Assembly: GCA_964035545.1 (NCBI GenBank)
Contig: CAXIUT010000015.1
Location: forward strand, 1 to 19,464
Direction of reading: 5' to 3'
Origin: Bugula neritina
Lineage: Eukaryota > Animalia > Bryozoa
DNA: 19,464 nucleotides
The notes under the pieces are model-generated. The model saw only the letters and a program-made list of their open reading frames with translations. It was not told the DNA's origin and searched no databases. Made by a program: the position numbers and the translations under genes. Shown in pieces: positions 1 to 11,775 of the stretch. The number at the start of each line of letters is the position of its first letter. The stretch's first letter is position 1.

Positions 1-93
1 CCCAACCCCAACCCCAACCCCAACCCCAACCCCAACCCCAACCCCAACCCCAACCCCAACCCCAACCCCAACCCCAACCCCAACCCCAACCCC
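1..93. repeat. Left telomere (CCCCAA)n
   Basis: Perfect C4A2 repeats at the window start, in the orientation of a natural left chromosome end; same unit as Tetrahymena-type telomeres. Confidence 0.98.
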
Positions 94-308
94 ATGTTAA
101 AATATATTATAGATAAGCTATTTTAACTTGATTTATTTTATGATATGTTAATTATAGATATCATAATAATAGTTTTTTCAGATATTTTATCGAAAATAAT
201 CAAAAAATCAGTTGTTGATCATACTAAAAAGAAAGATATTTTTGAAGATTGAAAGTTTTATAAAAAAGTAGATATTTATGTATATTGATGATGAGGTGAT
301 CAGAATTA

Positions 309-569
309 TCAGCCATTGATTAACTTCTTAAGAATCTCGAACAATTAAGGCTTAGAAATCTTAGAATCTCCATTTTTATCGATAGCTTTGATGAACTGTT
401 TGACTTCATCTTCTTTGACTTGTCTATTACGACCCAAACTTTTAAATGCATCATTGATAAGATTGTAAATTTAATCACCTTCAAGGGTACCAGATTTGTC
501 GACATCGTACTTACCAAAAATGGCATCAATAGCCTGTCTCAATTGATCGTCGGTTGGTTTTCCACTCAT
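309..569 (-). CDS. Small two-EF-hand Ca2+-binding protein (86 aa)
   Basis: MSGKPTDDQLRQAIDAIFGKY-DVDKSGTLEGD[TAA]-IYNL...I-DKNGDSKISKP[TAA]-LFEILKKLING-TGA. Two canonical 12-residue loops, each with TAA at the conserved Glu12. No intron. Confidence 0.92.
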
Positions 570-712
570 AGTAAGTTGATAGGATATAAAAAATATATAA
601 CGCAGATTAAACTTTCTTAATAAACATCTATCGATAAAAATAACTTGATGAAAAATATTAAAAAAAGGAGTTACAATAAAAAAGACTAATTATAAATAAT
701 GTTCTTGAAGAT

Positions 713-717
713 AAAAA
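713..717 (-). terminator. Probable Pol III T-run terminator of the tRNA gene
   Basis: TTTTT on the minus strand 2 nt after the discriminator base. The background is AT-rich, so specificity is limited. Confidence 0.55.
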
Positions 718-719
718 TA

Positions 720-792
720 TGGAACAGAGGGGAGTTGAACCCCTGGCCTCTTATATGCGAAACAAGCGCTCTACCAACTGAGCTACAGTCCC
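720..792 (-). tRNA. tRNA-Ala(CGC)
   Basis: GGGACTG-TAGCTCAGTTGGTAGAGC-G-CTTGT-TTCGCAT-ATAAG-AGGCC-AGGGG-TTCAACT-CCCCT-CTGTTCC-A folds as a cloverleaf. Anticodon CGC, G3:U70 alanine identity pair, A73 discriminator, one U6:U67 mismatch. Confidence 0.96.
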
Positions 793-1074
793 ATCCTATC
801 TCTAATTCCAATAAATCCTATTTTAATTGAACTCTTTAATATTATAACTTATTTTAATATATATTATGATAATTAATTGACAATTAATTTTTCAATTAGT
901 CGATTATTGAACATATATATTATTACTAATTATTATTTATTAAAATTAATTAATATTATCCCATTGATGAATGATGTTAATCATTATCTTTCTTTTTAAG
1001 ATATACAAATTCAGTATAAATTTTATTAACAATGAATAATTTAATATTATTTTTTCATTATTTTTACAATTTGA

Positions 1075-1956
1075 TCATGCTTTGTGGTCCTGGCTATTAA
1101 TTCTTGGTTATATTGACTCTTTTCTCGATTCTGCAGAAATGAGAGATTTTTACATCCGAAGATCATCTTCCAAATTGGATGGGGAATCATGAGCAGGTAT
1201 AGGTTGCTCTTTATTTGAACCTTAGGGATAAAGACAATAATGTTGAATCATGAATAAGAAATCATAGATAACCACCATTATTCCGAGAATTAATTTAACT
1301 GGGTTAATTTTGACTTATTATCCAAATATAGCTTAAAGACCCATTTGTAGAAAAGAGAAAAGACCTCCTGTAAAATCAAGAATAATGTTAGCTATTGACC
1401 AACCTTTAGTTGATTTACGTTTGTAGTTCCAATAGAATTGAGGTAGATACTTCAAAAAAGAAATCGATAGTTTGAAGTAACCCATTAATGATATAACTCC
1501 AGCATCTGGACTAACACTAATAACCTTAAGACCCTGAATCAGATATACATACATCTGTGAGAAGAGCCCAAACAGCCAGAAAAGACCACATTACTATTAG
1601 ATAGATGATTGTTGGTGTATGAATTTTGTTATCTTTCTTTGGGAAATATAGAACTTGACATAAAGTCAGGAGAGTTGCAAAAATAGCATGGTAAGAAAAA
1701 AGTAGATCATTAAAATCTACTTTACCTGTCTGATCTTAGTTGACGTAATAACCATAAGTATTATAGATAGAGTAGAAAGAAAATCCAGTTAAATTCATGG
1801 CTACGAAATCGAAATTCATGCCTTCAACACTATTTCATATGAAGAGTACCTTTTCTGTTTGAAGTTTTCATAGATTTGCCCATAGAAAGAAAATGACCAC
1901 GCGAAGAAATAGATCCAACCGATTATTTGAATCACCAAATCCTGCCAATCTTACAT
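1075..1956 (-). CDS. CTNS: Cystinosin-like PQ-loop lysosomal transporter (~280 aa); introns 1830-1849 and 1534-1552
   Basis: [62 protein letters not shown] and MIQHY motifs. Removing 20- and 19-nt GT-AG introns restores the frame to TGA. Confidence 0.92.
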
Positions 1957-2030
1957 CTTTAATTATAATAAATCTACATCAGCTTTATCTCATCTCATAA
2001 ACAAAAAATATATAAAAAAATCATCAAAAA

Positions 2031-3739
2031 TCACTTATTTTTATTCTTGATTGGCTTCCTAAATCTTTATACGTTATTTTTATCATTTTACTGTACTTGT
2101 TTACCCCATTCCCTAAGATTTCCTTGTACATATCTTCCAAAAGATATAGAATGATCAGGAGCTATTTTTGTCAAACTTCGTCCATTTTTTTGTGACAAAT
2201 TTCTTCTATTCTGATAGAAAAGTTTGTTTTTCTAAAGAGATAAACTACGAATATAGTCAGAATTGCATTTAACAGAAGAAGATAATTCTTTTTCAACTAT
2301 GTTTTCTTTATTCTATGCCCCTTGAACATTGATTTTACTATCTGCTAGTCTTCTCCAGATCTGATTATCCAAATGAAAAGGCGAAAGGTGTTTTTTTAAT
2401 TGATTTAAAATAGAAAAAACTATTGTTTCAACTTCTTTAGGTTTCCATTCATTAATTTATTTTTCTTTTAATTTTTATAAGTCAATAGCTAATGACTATT
2501 ATTAATTTTGAGGATTAAAAATTTGTAAATAGTATTAAACTAAAAGTTCAATAATTTTTTGAGTTGGTTTTGTTGAGGCCACAAAAGCTTTAGTTAATTA
2601 TTAATTTTATGTAGACTTAAGAATAATTTATTTTTAAAGAATTTGAATTTTATGATGAGCAAGTTCTATAGTCTTAGATAACTATTGAATTTGCTACCTA
2701 TTATGCTACATTTCATCATTTATAGAATCTAATATTTATTTTTATCTCTATCTTTACTGATTCTCCTTTTCTAGAGCTTCATTTTTCTATTGATAATTTT
2801 TTAATATTTTCTTAGAGAGTATTGCTCTTTTTGATATCTATTTTTCTATTTATTCTTTTAACTAAAGCTGATTTTATAGCTATTTTATCCTTTTCTCCAT
2901 TTATACACTCTTAAATACCATTTTGTTAGTACTTGAAGATTGATAATCCAACTACTATATCAACTTATGATTCTGAAGTAAAGTTAATCTCGTATTATTG
3001 TCCAACTGATCACGTCGAATTGAAAGAAGATTTCCTTTCATATCCTTAAATTTATCCTTCATTTCTATATTAACTATCGTGTACATTTTTTCAAATTGTC
3101 TAATGCCTGAATCTTCTCACGATCTCTATCAGCCAATCTCTGCTTAAATTATACTCTTTAAATTTATAGAGTCTACAACAAATGAGATCTCTCAACCAAC
3201 ATAGCTTGCCTTTCATTTATAGAAACAGCATAATCTGTTGCTTGCACTTCATATCTTCCGAGTTCGGTTGCATAGTGACGCTTGGCATCTTCCATTTCTT
3301 TTTCCTTTTCTTTTCGACACTATTCTAAATAACAAAATCATATACAATGCTATCTTTTTTCGAATTATAGCTTGGCTTTAAAGGTAGCAACCTGTATTTA
3401 TAATTAATTTTTGCTAGAAGTTAGTTCAGTTACTCTATTTTTGAGGTTGTCATTGGTCAGTGTCTACATCACTTAATGCTTACTAACTTTTAAAATTATT
3501 CCTTAATGTAAGTTTTCAGTCTTTTACATTATACTTCTTTTTCATATAACTAATGACCCCTAAGTATCAACTAATATACAATCTATTCTTATGTGATTAA
3601 ACATTTTTAAGTCTGTTATCCTTATCTAGCACTTCGCTCATCAACTATTAACATTTTCTTTCAAGTCTTTATCTATCAATAAGTACTCAATGTGAGCTTA
3701 TGATTTTTTGTCTTTGTTTTTTTGCTTTTGAGCGGACAT
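2031..3739 (-). CDS. CFAP157: CFAP157-like cilia-associated coiled-coil protein (~535 aa); introns 3667-3686, 3560-3579, 3464-3483, 3325-3345, 3065-3084
   Basis: Five 20-21 nt introns give one continuous frame. DREKIQALDNLKKEM...QLDNNTRLTLLQNHKLIEELDYQS resembles the CFAP157 core as I recall it (no search run). Confidence 0.72.
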
Positions 3740-3794
3740 CTAAATAGAATATTAATTTATATAATTTCTAAAAAGATAATAAGAATTATTAAAA

Positions 3795-5459
3795 TCATTA
3801 TGTAATAAAATTATAAGCCTCTCCAATTAACGACTAGTTCTATGTCTCCTGAATAATATTTAAAAGATTCGCAATAACTATTTTACTTCGAACTACCTAA
3901 TCTTGCAATAATTTATTCGTATTCTCTATTCTATACTTCTCAGTTAGAACATTTTTCTCACACTTACGACTAAGATCTATTTATTTTTTTGCTTTTTATA
4001 ATTGGATTTTGAATTCTAACTATGTAAAACTATTGCTTGATCTTTGTTTTGATTCCAACTATTCTATTATTTGTTGCAAATAACTTATCTATTTCTTTAG
4101 TTATTTGTTGCTTTCAGTATTTTTCGGCAAATCAGAGTCTATTTTTTATTGCTATATTACTTTTTTGAGAAATTCGTCTTTATTTTAAAGTTATTTTTCT
4201 AGATTTTATATTTTTGTAGTAAGTTAACTTATCAGTATACTATTTTTATTACCTTCTGATTATTATTATAACTATCTTTTTATCCTTTTTTATGATTTTT
4301 TTATTGTTTTTTAAAGTTTATTGATTTGATTAAGCTGTATTTCAATGGTTTCTTTAAGACTAGTTATCTAAAACTAGCTATTTTTCAAGAGAGATTACTG
4401 TTTTGATAATTTTTTTATATCTAAAGAGTCTTTTTATATTCTTCTTGATAACGATAGTATCTATTGTTCAAGTTCACTTATTCTTATATCTTTTTATTTT
4501 GATTTTCTTTATAATTATCGATAAAGATTTTTTAATTATTGATATTTTTCTTTACTTGATTTTTCTACTCTTTATGATTTTTATGATTTTTGTGATTTTT
4601 GTGATTTTTATGATTTTTCTTTTATTTCTTCTTCTTTTAGCTCTTATTACTCTTTTTTGCTTTGCCTTTTAAAACCTATTTAATGGTTTAATATTGTATT
4701 TTTTGAATTTATAATTTTTTCACTAGATTTTCTTTCATAAGTATATTATTAAGGTTTATCTGTTTTTCTGAGTTTATTATTTAATGAGATTTATTTTTAT
4801 CTACTTTGAGTTCGACTTAATTTAAGAACTCCTTTTTGAATAGATTTTTCTTTAGGTTTCATGTTTTCTTTTTAATCAGTTATTTTAGTTGTTAAACTTT
4901 TATTTTGTGATCTTTTTCTCCTCGTTGAAAATTATTCATTTTTTTATTAATGAATACTATCTACTATCTCATCTTGAAATGTTATTTTTCTTTTATGGTT
5001 TAAATTGCTTTTCTATTTCTAAAGATTTTATATTTATTGAAAAACGACTTACATTTTAAACCAAAGAGTTAAACCTAAACTGCTTTAATTTAAAGTATGA
5101 GTTTTAGTTTTGTTGTTTATATACTCCTTAATATTGATTTTTCTAGCAACTCTTTTCTTCTAATTATCAATTTCCAAAGCCATCTAAAATTAGATCTATT
5201 TATCTTAGTAAGTTTTTTCTTCAGAGTTAAAAGGGATAGTAGTCTTGAGAGTTAATGGATGGTTGATAATGATCGGCTTTGGAGGATAAAATTTTGTTGG
5301 TTAAGATTTATCTGCTTTAAGCGAACATTGTCCATTTTGATCCATACTTTTACGATAAATAGCTATTTGAACTTTAACCGAGCTTTAATACTTTACTTCT
5401 AGCTATCCTGGTGAAAATATAACATGAATTGGTTTGAAGATTAAAGAATTACTCTTCAT
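3795..5459 (-). CDS. Putative NT-type C2 domain plus long K/E-rich coiled coil (554 aa)
   Basis: Single 1665-nt frame from ATG to TGA with TAR read through. The N-terminal ~140 aa is beta-rich (LKTTIPFNSEEKTYEDKEIEF...KINIKEYIN), reminiscent of NT-C2; the domain call is tentative. Confidence 0.7.
4572..4616. repeat. Coding 9-nt tandem repeat x5 (TT[A/G]TGATTT)
   Basis: Encodes K-S-E/K-S-Q units on the minus strand within the 3795-5459 CDS. Confidence 0.85.
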
Positions 5460-5591
5460 CTAAACTTTATATTCTATTTTTTTCTTTTTAATAACTGAAG
5501 ATGATCAAAAACTAGTTATTTTACAAAAAAAATCCTTAAATATGATATTTTGTCTAAATAAATTTTTATTGAATTATCTCAACTGATATGA

Positions 5592-6056
5592 TCATTGGCT
5601 CTGATTATAGTTAGGTGGCTGAGGAAATAACTTAATTGATTTACAAGTGAAGACCAAAAGAAGTATTTTTAGAAGATTAATCAATACAAAGCAAAAGATT
5701 CCGAAGTTATGTAATGGACGAATCGTCTGCCATACAGGATTGATAGGGTCATCACCGGTCCAGACAGGCATTTCAGTTATAGCGAAAAGGAAGTCAATCA
5801 CGAAGAGCATTATGATTGATCCTGATATCTGAGTTAAAAATAAGATACAATTTTGAGGGCAAGAGCATCTTTACGATTCTGCCAGATAAAATAGCAGAAA
5901 AAGATAATGATGAAGTTGTAATCTGTGCGGATGAGACAACTGAAGAAACCAACAAACTGAGTAAGGAAGAAGTACCACAATGGCTAGCATTACCATGTCG
6001 ATTCGATGGCTAGCGACCTTTATCTCCTTGTTCTACTCAAGATGAGATGATTGCAT
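5592..6056 (-). CDS. Small multi-pass membrane protein (~141 aa); introns 5957-5975 and 5829-5848
   Basis: Spliced product MQSSHLEENKEIKVASHRIDMVMLAIVFVGFFSCLIRTDYNFIIIFFCYFIW...IDFLF...LHNFGIFCFVLINLLKILLLVF has about 4 hydrophobic segments. Confidence 0.75.
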
Positions 6057-6209
6057 TTCGAATTATTATTCAAATATTAATATCAGCTTTGTTGTATTGT
6101 TAAATATGAAGGAACACTCTAATAAGTAGAAAGAAATATGAGCTATTAATCTATTGATAAGAAATGAGAATAATCAAAAATGGAATTAAAAAAATAAGAT
6201 AAAAATTTC

Positions 6210-6285
6210 GGGGTTGGGGTTGGGGTTGGGGTTGGGGTTGGGGTTGGGGTTGGGGTTGGGGTTGGGGTTGGGGTTGGGGTTGGGT
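6210..6285 (+). repeat. Internal telomeric tract 1 (GGGGTT)n, 76 nt
   Basis: Pure T2G4 repeats ending TTGGGT, followed directly by unique sequence with no C4A2 arm. Confidence 0.97.
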
Positions 6286-6371
6286 AATATTTATACTTTT
6301 CTGAAGGTTATAAGGCTTCAACAAATGACACTCTTTAATGCAGTCTCGTATCTTGTACTTATAACAAACAA

Positions 6372-7846
6372 ATGTAAGGCGACATCTTCGATACTCTAGC
6401 CAAGCACAACCAAAGTCATCTAGCAGATCACTATAAGACCCTTCCAGCAGACAAAAAGTAGGCCTTCCTTAAGCAACTACAATCTATTGATTATCAGCAA
6501 AGTGCACAACTCTATCAACATGTTTATCAAGAAAGACAAGCTTTACAATAACAAGGCAATTTGGAATTCAAACCTGTAGAAAATATTGCTACTCATGAAG
6601 ATCTAAAAGTTCATGCTAAATAATTCGAAGATCTTGGTTTTGAGGCTATTGCCAAAGGATAAGGTACGTGTGTTATTATTTAGTTGCTGTATGTATTATG
6701 AGTGGAGGACAAGGAACAAGACTTGGTTTCAATCACCCTAAAGGCATGTTTAACTTGGGCTTACACTGTGGACTAACTTTGTTTGGATTCTTTGCCAATA
6801 GATTAGCTAGACTTAATGAGCTAGCATGCAAAAAAAGTGGCAAAGAAGGAACTTTAATCAAATGGTACTTAATGACAAGTGAAATGAATCATGATGAAAT
6901 CGTTAACTTCTTCAAAGAAAACAACTATTTCGGATATGACAAATAATCGATTATCTTCTTCCCTCAAGGTGGAATTCCTGCTTTATATTATGATGGAAAA
7001 GTTGTTATTGAAAGCCCTGGAAATGTTTCATTGGCTCCAGGAGGAAATGGAGCTATTTATGGGGAAATGCAGAATAGAGGTGTTCTAAAACACATGAAAT
7101 AAAATGGAGTTAAATATATTTATCTGGGTCCAGTTGATAATGTGTTATTAAAACTTGCTGATCCTGTTTCTTTGGGTTATCTTGTCAAGAATAACTTTGA
7201 TATTGTATCACATTATCTTAAGAAAAGATCAGCTGAGGAAAAAGTTGGATTGCATATGTCAGTTAATGGAAAAATTAAAATTCTTGAGTATTCTGAGACA
7301 GATGCTAAAGTCAAGTAAAGTAAAAATGAGAAAGGATAATTTGTCTTTAGCCATGGAGCCAGAGCCACCATGTACATCACTAGAGATTTTATCGATAAGA
7401 TGACCAGTGACCCAACTTTGATGCTAAACATCAATAAAAAGTATTTTGAGTAAATATTTAGGTATCACCTTGCAGAAAAGAAAGTTAAATACTGGGATGC
7501 TAAGGAAGAAAAAACTATTGCTCCTGAAAAAAATAATGGAGTAAAATTCTAATTGTTCTATTTCGACGTTTTTGAAGAAACGAATAAAATTGGTCTTTTT
7601 GAAACTCTAAGAGAAGATGAATTCGCTCCTCTTAAAAATGCTAATGGAGATGATTCTCCAGCTACTGCTCGGGAGTATCTTCAGAAAATGCATAGAAGAT
7701 GGGTCCAAGAGGCTGGTGTTGAATTGGAAGGAGAAGGAGAGATTGAGATCCATCCGAGACGTAGCTACAATGGTGAGGGAATCGCTTAATGGGTTCAGAA
7801 TACTTTTGGAAGTATGAAGGCTAAATTACCACTTTACATTGAATGA
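6372..7846 (+). CDS. UAP1: UDP-N-acetylglucosamine pyrophosphorylase family (~477 aa); introns 6664-6683 and probably 7441-7461
   Basis: GGQGTRLG..HPKG, WYLMTS, APGGNG, VDN, EYSE, NGVKF[TAA]LFYFDVF, REDEFAPLKNA and SYNGEG motifs. The second intron is 21 nt and in frame, so it is not strictly required. Confidence 0.94.
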
Positions 7847-7950
7847 TCCTGATCAATCTCTAAACATTTAGATAGATTCAAATTTTAATCAAATTTTATA
7901 AAATAACTATAAGTTTCTTTTATGTTCTGAAACATAACTAATATAACTAG

Positions 7951-10728
7951 ATGCATCAATCTTCATCATGGACTAGCAGAAAAAATTCATCAACTATGCG
8001 CGATGGTCAGAACTCTAAAAGTACTGTTTCTTTCTCTCAACTCAAAAGAACTACTCAAAACTTGCCTCATTTGACTTCATTGCATAATAAAGTAAGGGAA
8101 TTTTCTACTCCCAAAGAAGGAAAAAACAGAGGAAAATTGAAAACAGGACTTAATAGTAAACCACTTATCATGTTATCAAAGTAATAAAGAAAAGATCCTT
8201 TTTATAATAGGAATGTAATTACTGCTGAAATTGTAAATAAAAAAGGATTGATGTAACTGGGTGTAATGGGCGCATTGAAAAATACAGATTGCTATAGTTT
8301 ACTTAATCTAAGGTAATGTTAATTTTATTAAGATATTAGACAGAGAATAAAGGAGAATAAAGCAATCCTACTTTTATGACCAATCCTGCTATTTTAATAA
8401 ACACTTATTTATAGACTAAACGAGATGATGAAGAACCTTAGCCTAAAGAAATCAGATAACAAAGCAGAGAAGCTAGCTGTAAGATTCGTTCATCAAAAAA
8501 GAAAGTTATAAAAAAAGAAGATCCCTTGCTTTATTTCAAATAAGTAATCAAACTTAACTTTACAAATGGTCATTTTTAGAAAAACGATGTATATAAATAG
8601 TATTTGAAAAATTTGAGAAAAAATGGAGGATAAATTGAATTTAAACTGTATATAACACAAATAGAACATTTTTCATAAAAATATCAATTAAAAAAATTCA
8701 CAATAGTTCCATAATTAAATCAAACTAAAAGATTAACTGATAAAGATATTAAAAATTCTATCATTAATGCTAAAATATTAGGCATCATACGTCGTACTAA
8801 AGGAACATCTTTAGATATTATGACTAATTTAGTACTAATGAAAGTTGAAACAATCAGATATAAAAAACTTAAAATTGCAATACAAAAACTATAAAGAATA
8901 AAAGAAAAATTTAAGTATATTTATATTAAGATAGAAATAAAAAAATATTTAAAGAAATGCTTAGCAAACGATGGGATTATCTGACATATAAAATGGGAGC
9001 TTTTGCCTAATCCCAAAGAAGAGCTATTGAGAGTCTACCTACTAAAGTTGAAGTTGAAATTCATCTCATTGCCACTGATAGGAATCAAAGTTAGTTGAAT
9101 AGTTTTTATAAATGGAAAGAAAGATCTGCTGCTCATTTGATGAGACTTTTTAACAATCAAAGTGATCACATTATTCTTATTCATAATAGATAGGATGATA
9201 TAAATGAATGGAAAAGATTAGTAGAAGAAATGCCTTAGAATTCTAAATAGAAAAAACCAATTATTCATTTAATCAAATCAGTAAATAACTATATACTTAG
9301 AATTTAGAAGTAAAAAATGTTCAATAGTGTGCTGAAGTTTATTTTGGTCTGAAGCCAAAAGATATCCGAAAAGTAAAAGATATATGTCGAGGAAAAAAAT
9401 CAGTTTTAATTCCTCATAGAATAAGTAAATATTTACCTTTACTATGTTAACTATTCTAAGTATAACTTTTTGGAGGTTCTTTTACAAAAAATTCAAATTT
9501 AGCACTTTAATAATAAGATCCAAGTATAAAATAAGAAGATAAAGGAGAATTTCAAGGAAAATTTAAAAAGCTATAAGTCACTAGCGTAGAAATGTCTAAA
9601 CACTATAGAGATAAATTATCAAAAGTAAAGCTAGCAAATTAGGTATATCACTCAAAATAACAAACTAAAAAGTTGTTTATTGAACTACAACTTAATACTC
9701 CTAAAGCTATATTCATCTCAGGTATGAATGATAATGATTTCTTTCGAGAACTAGTGCGAATCATTCTAACCTACAAAGAATATAATAGATGGATACTAAA
9801 AATGCCTAATTCAACTTTCAGTCGAGGTCTAGCCTTACTTGAAACTGATTCTTTAAAGATTTTAAAAGATAATAAAAAGAAAAGCAATGTTTCATAGAAA
9901 GATATCTAACATATAGGAGGAATTATGGAATCAATATTAGTTCAAAAAGTATCGATCCCTCATAACTCTTTATTTAGCGGAGATTAATTTATGAGTTAGT
10001 TTAGGAATGGAGGATATATTGAAATATATCATGAAAATGCAATAAGTGTTTGTGTATTTGGAAGAATCTAATTAAATGGTCTTTTCACTATTCTTGGTAG
10101 CTATCAGCGCTATTACTCTTAAAATATTTGTTTTGGAGCTATGTATCCAGGTATTGAAATTACTTAGACTTTGAAAAGCAAAATATAAGTATTAACTAGT
10201 AGATTATTTAAATAAAGAGTTTTTGGATATATGACTATTGAACTGATAAAATTAAAATCTGGATAAATTCAATTTATAGATTTAGTTCCTCATTTATAAG
10301 TATTCTCTTCACTTTATTTTTATTATAAAAGACTCTTTAACATCAACTAAACTGATAATAATTCAATTTCTTTAGAGCATACATTTTTTTATTGTCCATT
10401 TATACCAAACAATGGTAATAAAACAAACTCTTTTGAATAATTTTAACATTTACTATCTCAAAAAAAAATCAAATTTGATAGTTAACGAAAGATAGGAATC
10501 AAAGTATTCTCATTGAGTGAGGGAAAAGCTGATGTTTTAAGTATTTTAAGTTTTGGAACTGAAGAAAGTGGTGTTTTAAAGGAATGTTTAGATGTTTTAA
10601 CTACAATTGTATAATTAGGAGGATAATTTAATAAATTTGATAAGTTAATGAGAAATCAACAGAGTGATGGACTTTACATATTGGATATTATCTGGAAATT
10701 AAGGCAGTTAAAGAAGGAAATAGTATGA
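7951..10728 (+). CDS. IQCH: IQCH-like protein with C-terminal ATP-grasp-like region (~905 aa); introns 8313-8332, 8915-8934, 9281-9300
   Basis: Three 20-nt introns give one frame to TGA. RWILKMPNSTFSRGLA, GGYIE, RI[TAA]LNG, GAMYP and VFGYMTIE resemble IQCH C-terminal motifs; the protein is divergent. Confidence 0.68.
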
Positions 10729-10775
10729 TTATTATATTATTCTAAATGTTTATAATAATAAAGATATAATAATAA

Positions 10776-11587
10776 ATGTCAAATATCAAATTCATCGTCC
10801 TTTTCATTTTAATTTACTCACTTAATGCCAGTATTTTAACTCTTTCTAATACTCTAAATATTCCAGGTTAATACTTCTCAGCGATGAACTTTAGCTACAA
10901 TGTATAACCACTACAATCATATTTCACAATAGATATTGACTTTCAACTATCTCAAGTAGTTTTTTATATATATTAGGCTGCAGCATATGATCAGGGCAAC
11001 TCGATTTATGATTTCTTTTTGTTCCAAAGAGAAGACTATTCTTAGTTCTATCCTTGCTATCACTCAGCTCTACAATATTTAAGTTCTCTTTATCATCGAT
11101 CTCAACCATGTCAAGGGTAATATTTCAATAACCTAGAGGATGTAACTTTCAAGGACTCTTAAATGAAGGACAAGGCAGCAGTCAGATTCATCAAAACAGT
11201 ACAGCTTTCAAATTAATCGATGAATAATAATCTTTTAGTAATGTAACTCTTCTCATTGATAATACTTTTTATCCTTGTAAAGGAGGAGTCTATCAAAGTG
11301 AGGTACATATATTAATATTAAGGTAATCTTTATTTGAAAAAGATCTATTTATATCAAACAGTCACCTTAGGAATTGAAGATAATTTTTATTTTTAACTCA
11401 TTCTCAATATAGGTTAAAATATATTAATTTAGTGTTTGTGATATTGCTGCAAATAGTGATATTTTTGTTTGCTTACATCATGATAATGGTAAATAAGTTA
11501 CAAAACAAAAAGAGAAAACTTAAAAAAATACGATAACAAAAAGAAGATATTGATGTTCTTGCACTTGAACAAAAAAAATAAATCTGA
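10776..11587 (+). CDS. Putative type I membrane protein (signal peptide, C-terminal TM, basic tail); exon structure uncertain
   Basis: MSNIKFIVLFILIYSLNAS signal peptide; VFVILLQIVIFLFAYIMIMV followed by NKKRKLKK. Candidate introns 10956-10976, 11117-11136, 11303-11322, 11323-11342 and 11413-11432. Confidence 0.62.
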
Positions 11588-11775
11588 ATGCTTATTATGT
11601 ATTATTTATTTGTTTTTAAAAATTATTTTCTTATAAATATTTACAATTATTTTCAGAAACTCTTTCACTAATTAATTTTCTTAATTTAAAAAATTATTCT
11701 ATTGAATGTTTAATAATTTTGCTTAAACATCGTTTTAATAATTAAAATTCATTTAAATAAGAAGTAATAAATGAA

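Noticed and set aside
720-792. tRNA as a suppressor for TAA/TAG
   Set aside because: The anticodon is CGC with the G3:U70 pair, i.e. an ordinary tRNA-Ala.
4403-4672. Very hydrophobic plus-strand ORF (also 14175-14372, and 19089-19271 on the minus strand)
   Set aside because: These are antisense shadows of K/E-rich coding sequence on the opposite strand.
6150-6330. Conserved chromosome-breakage motif near telomere addition sites
   Set aside because: By eye I found no shared motif among the four sites and no Tetrahymena-type Cbs 15-mer. The weak lookalike near 2561-2571 lies inside a CDS.
6214-6399. ORF with GLGLGL repeat
   Set aside because: It is a translation of the telomeric tract, not a gene.
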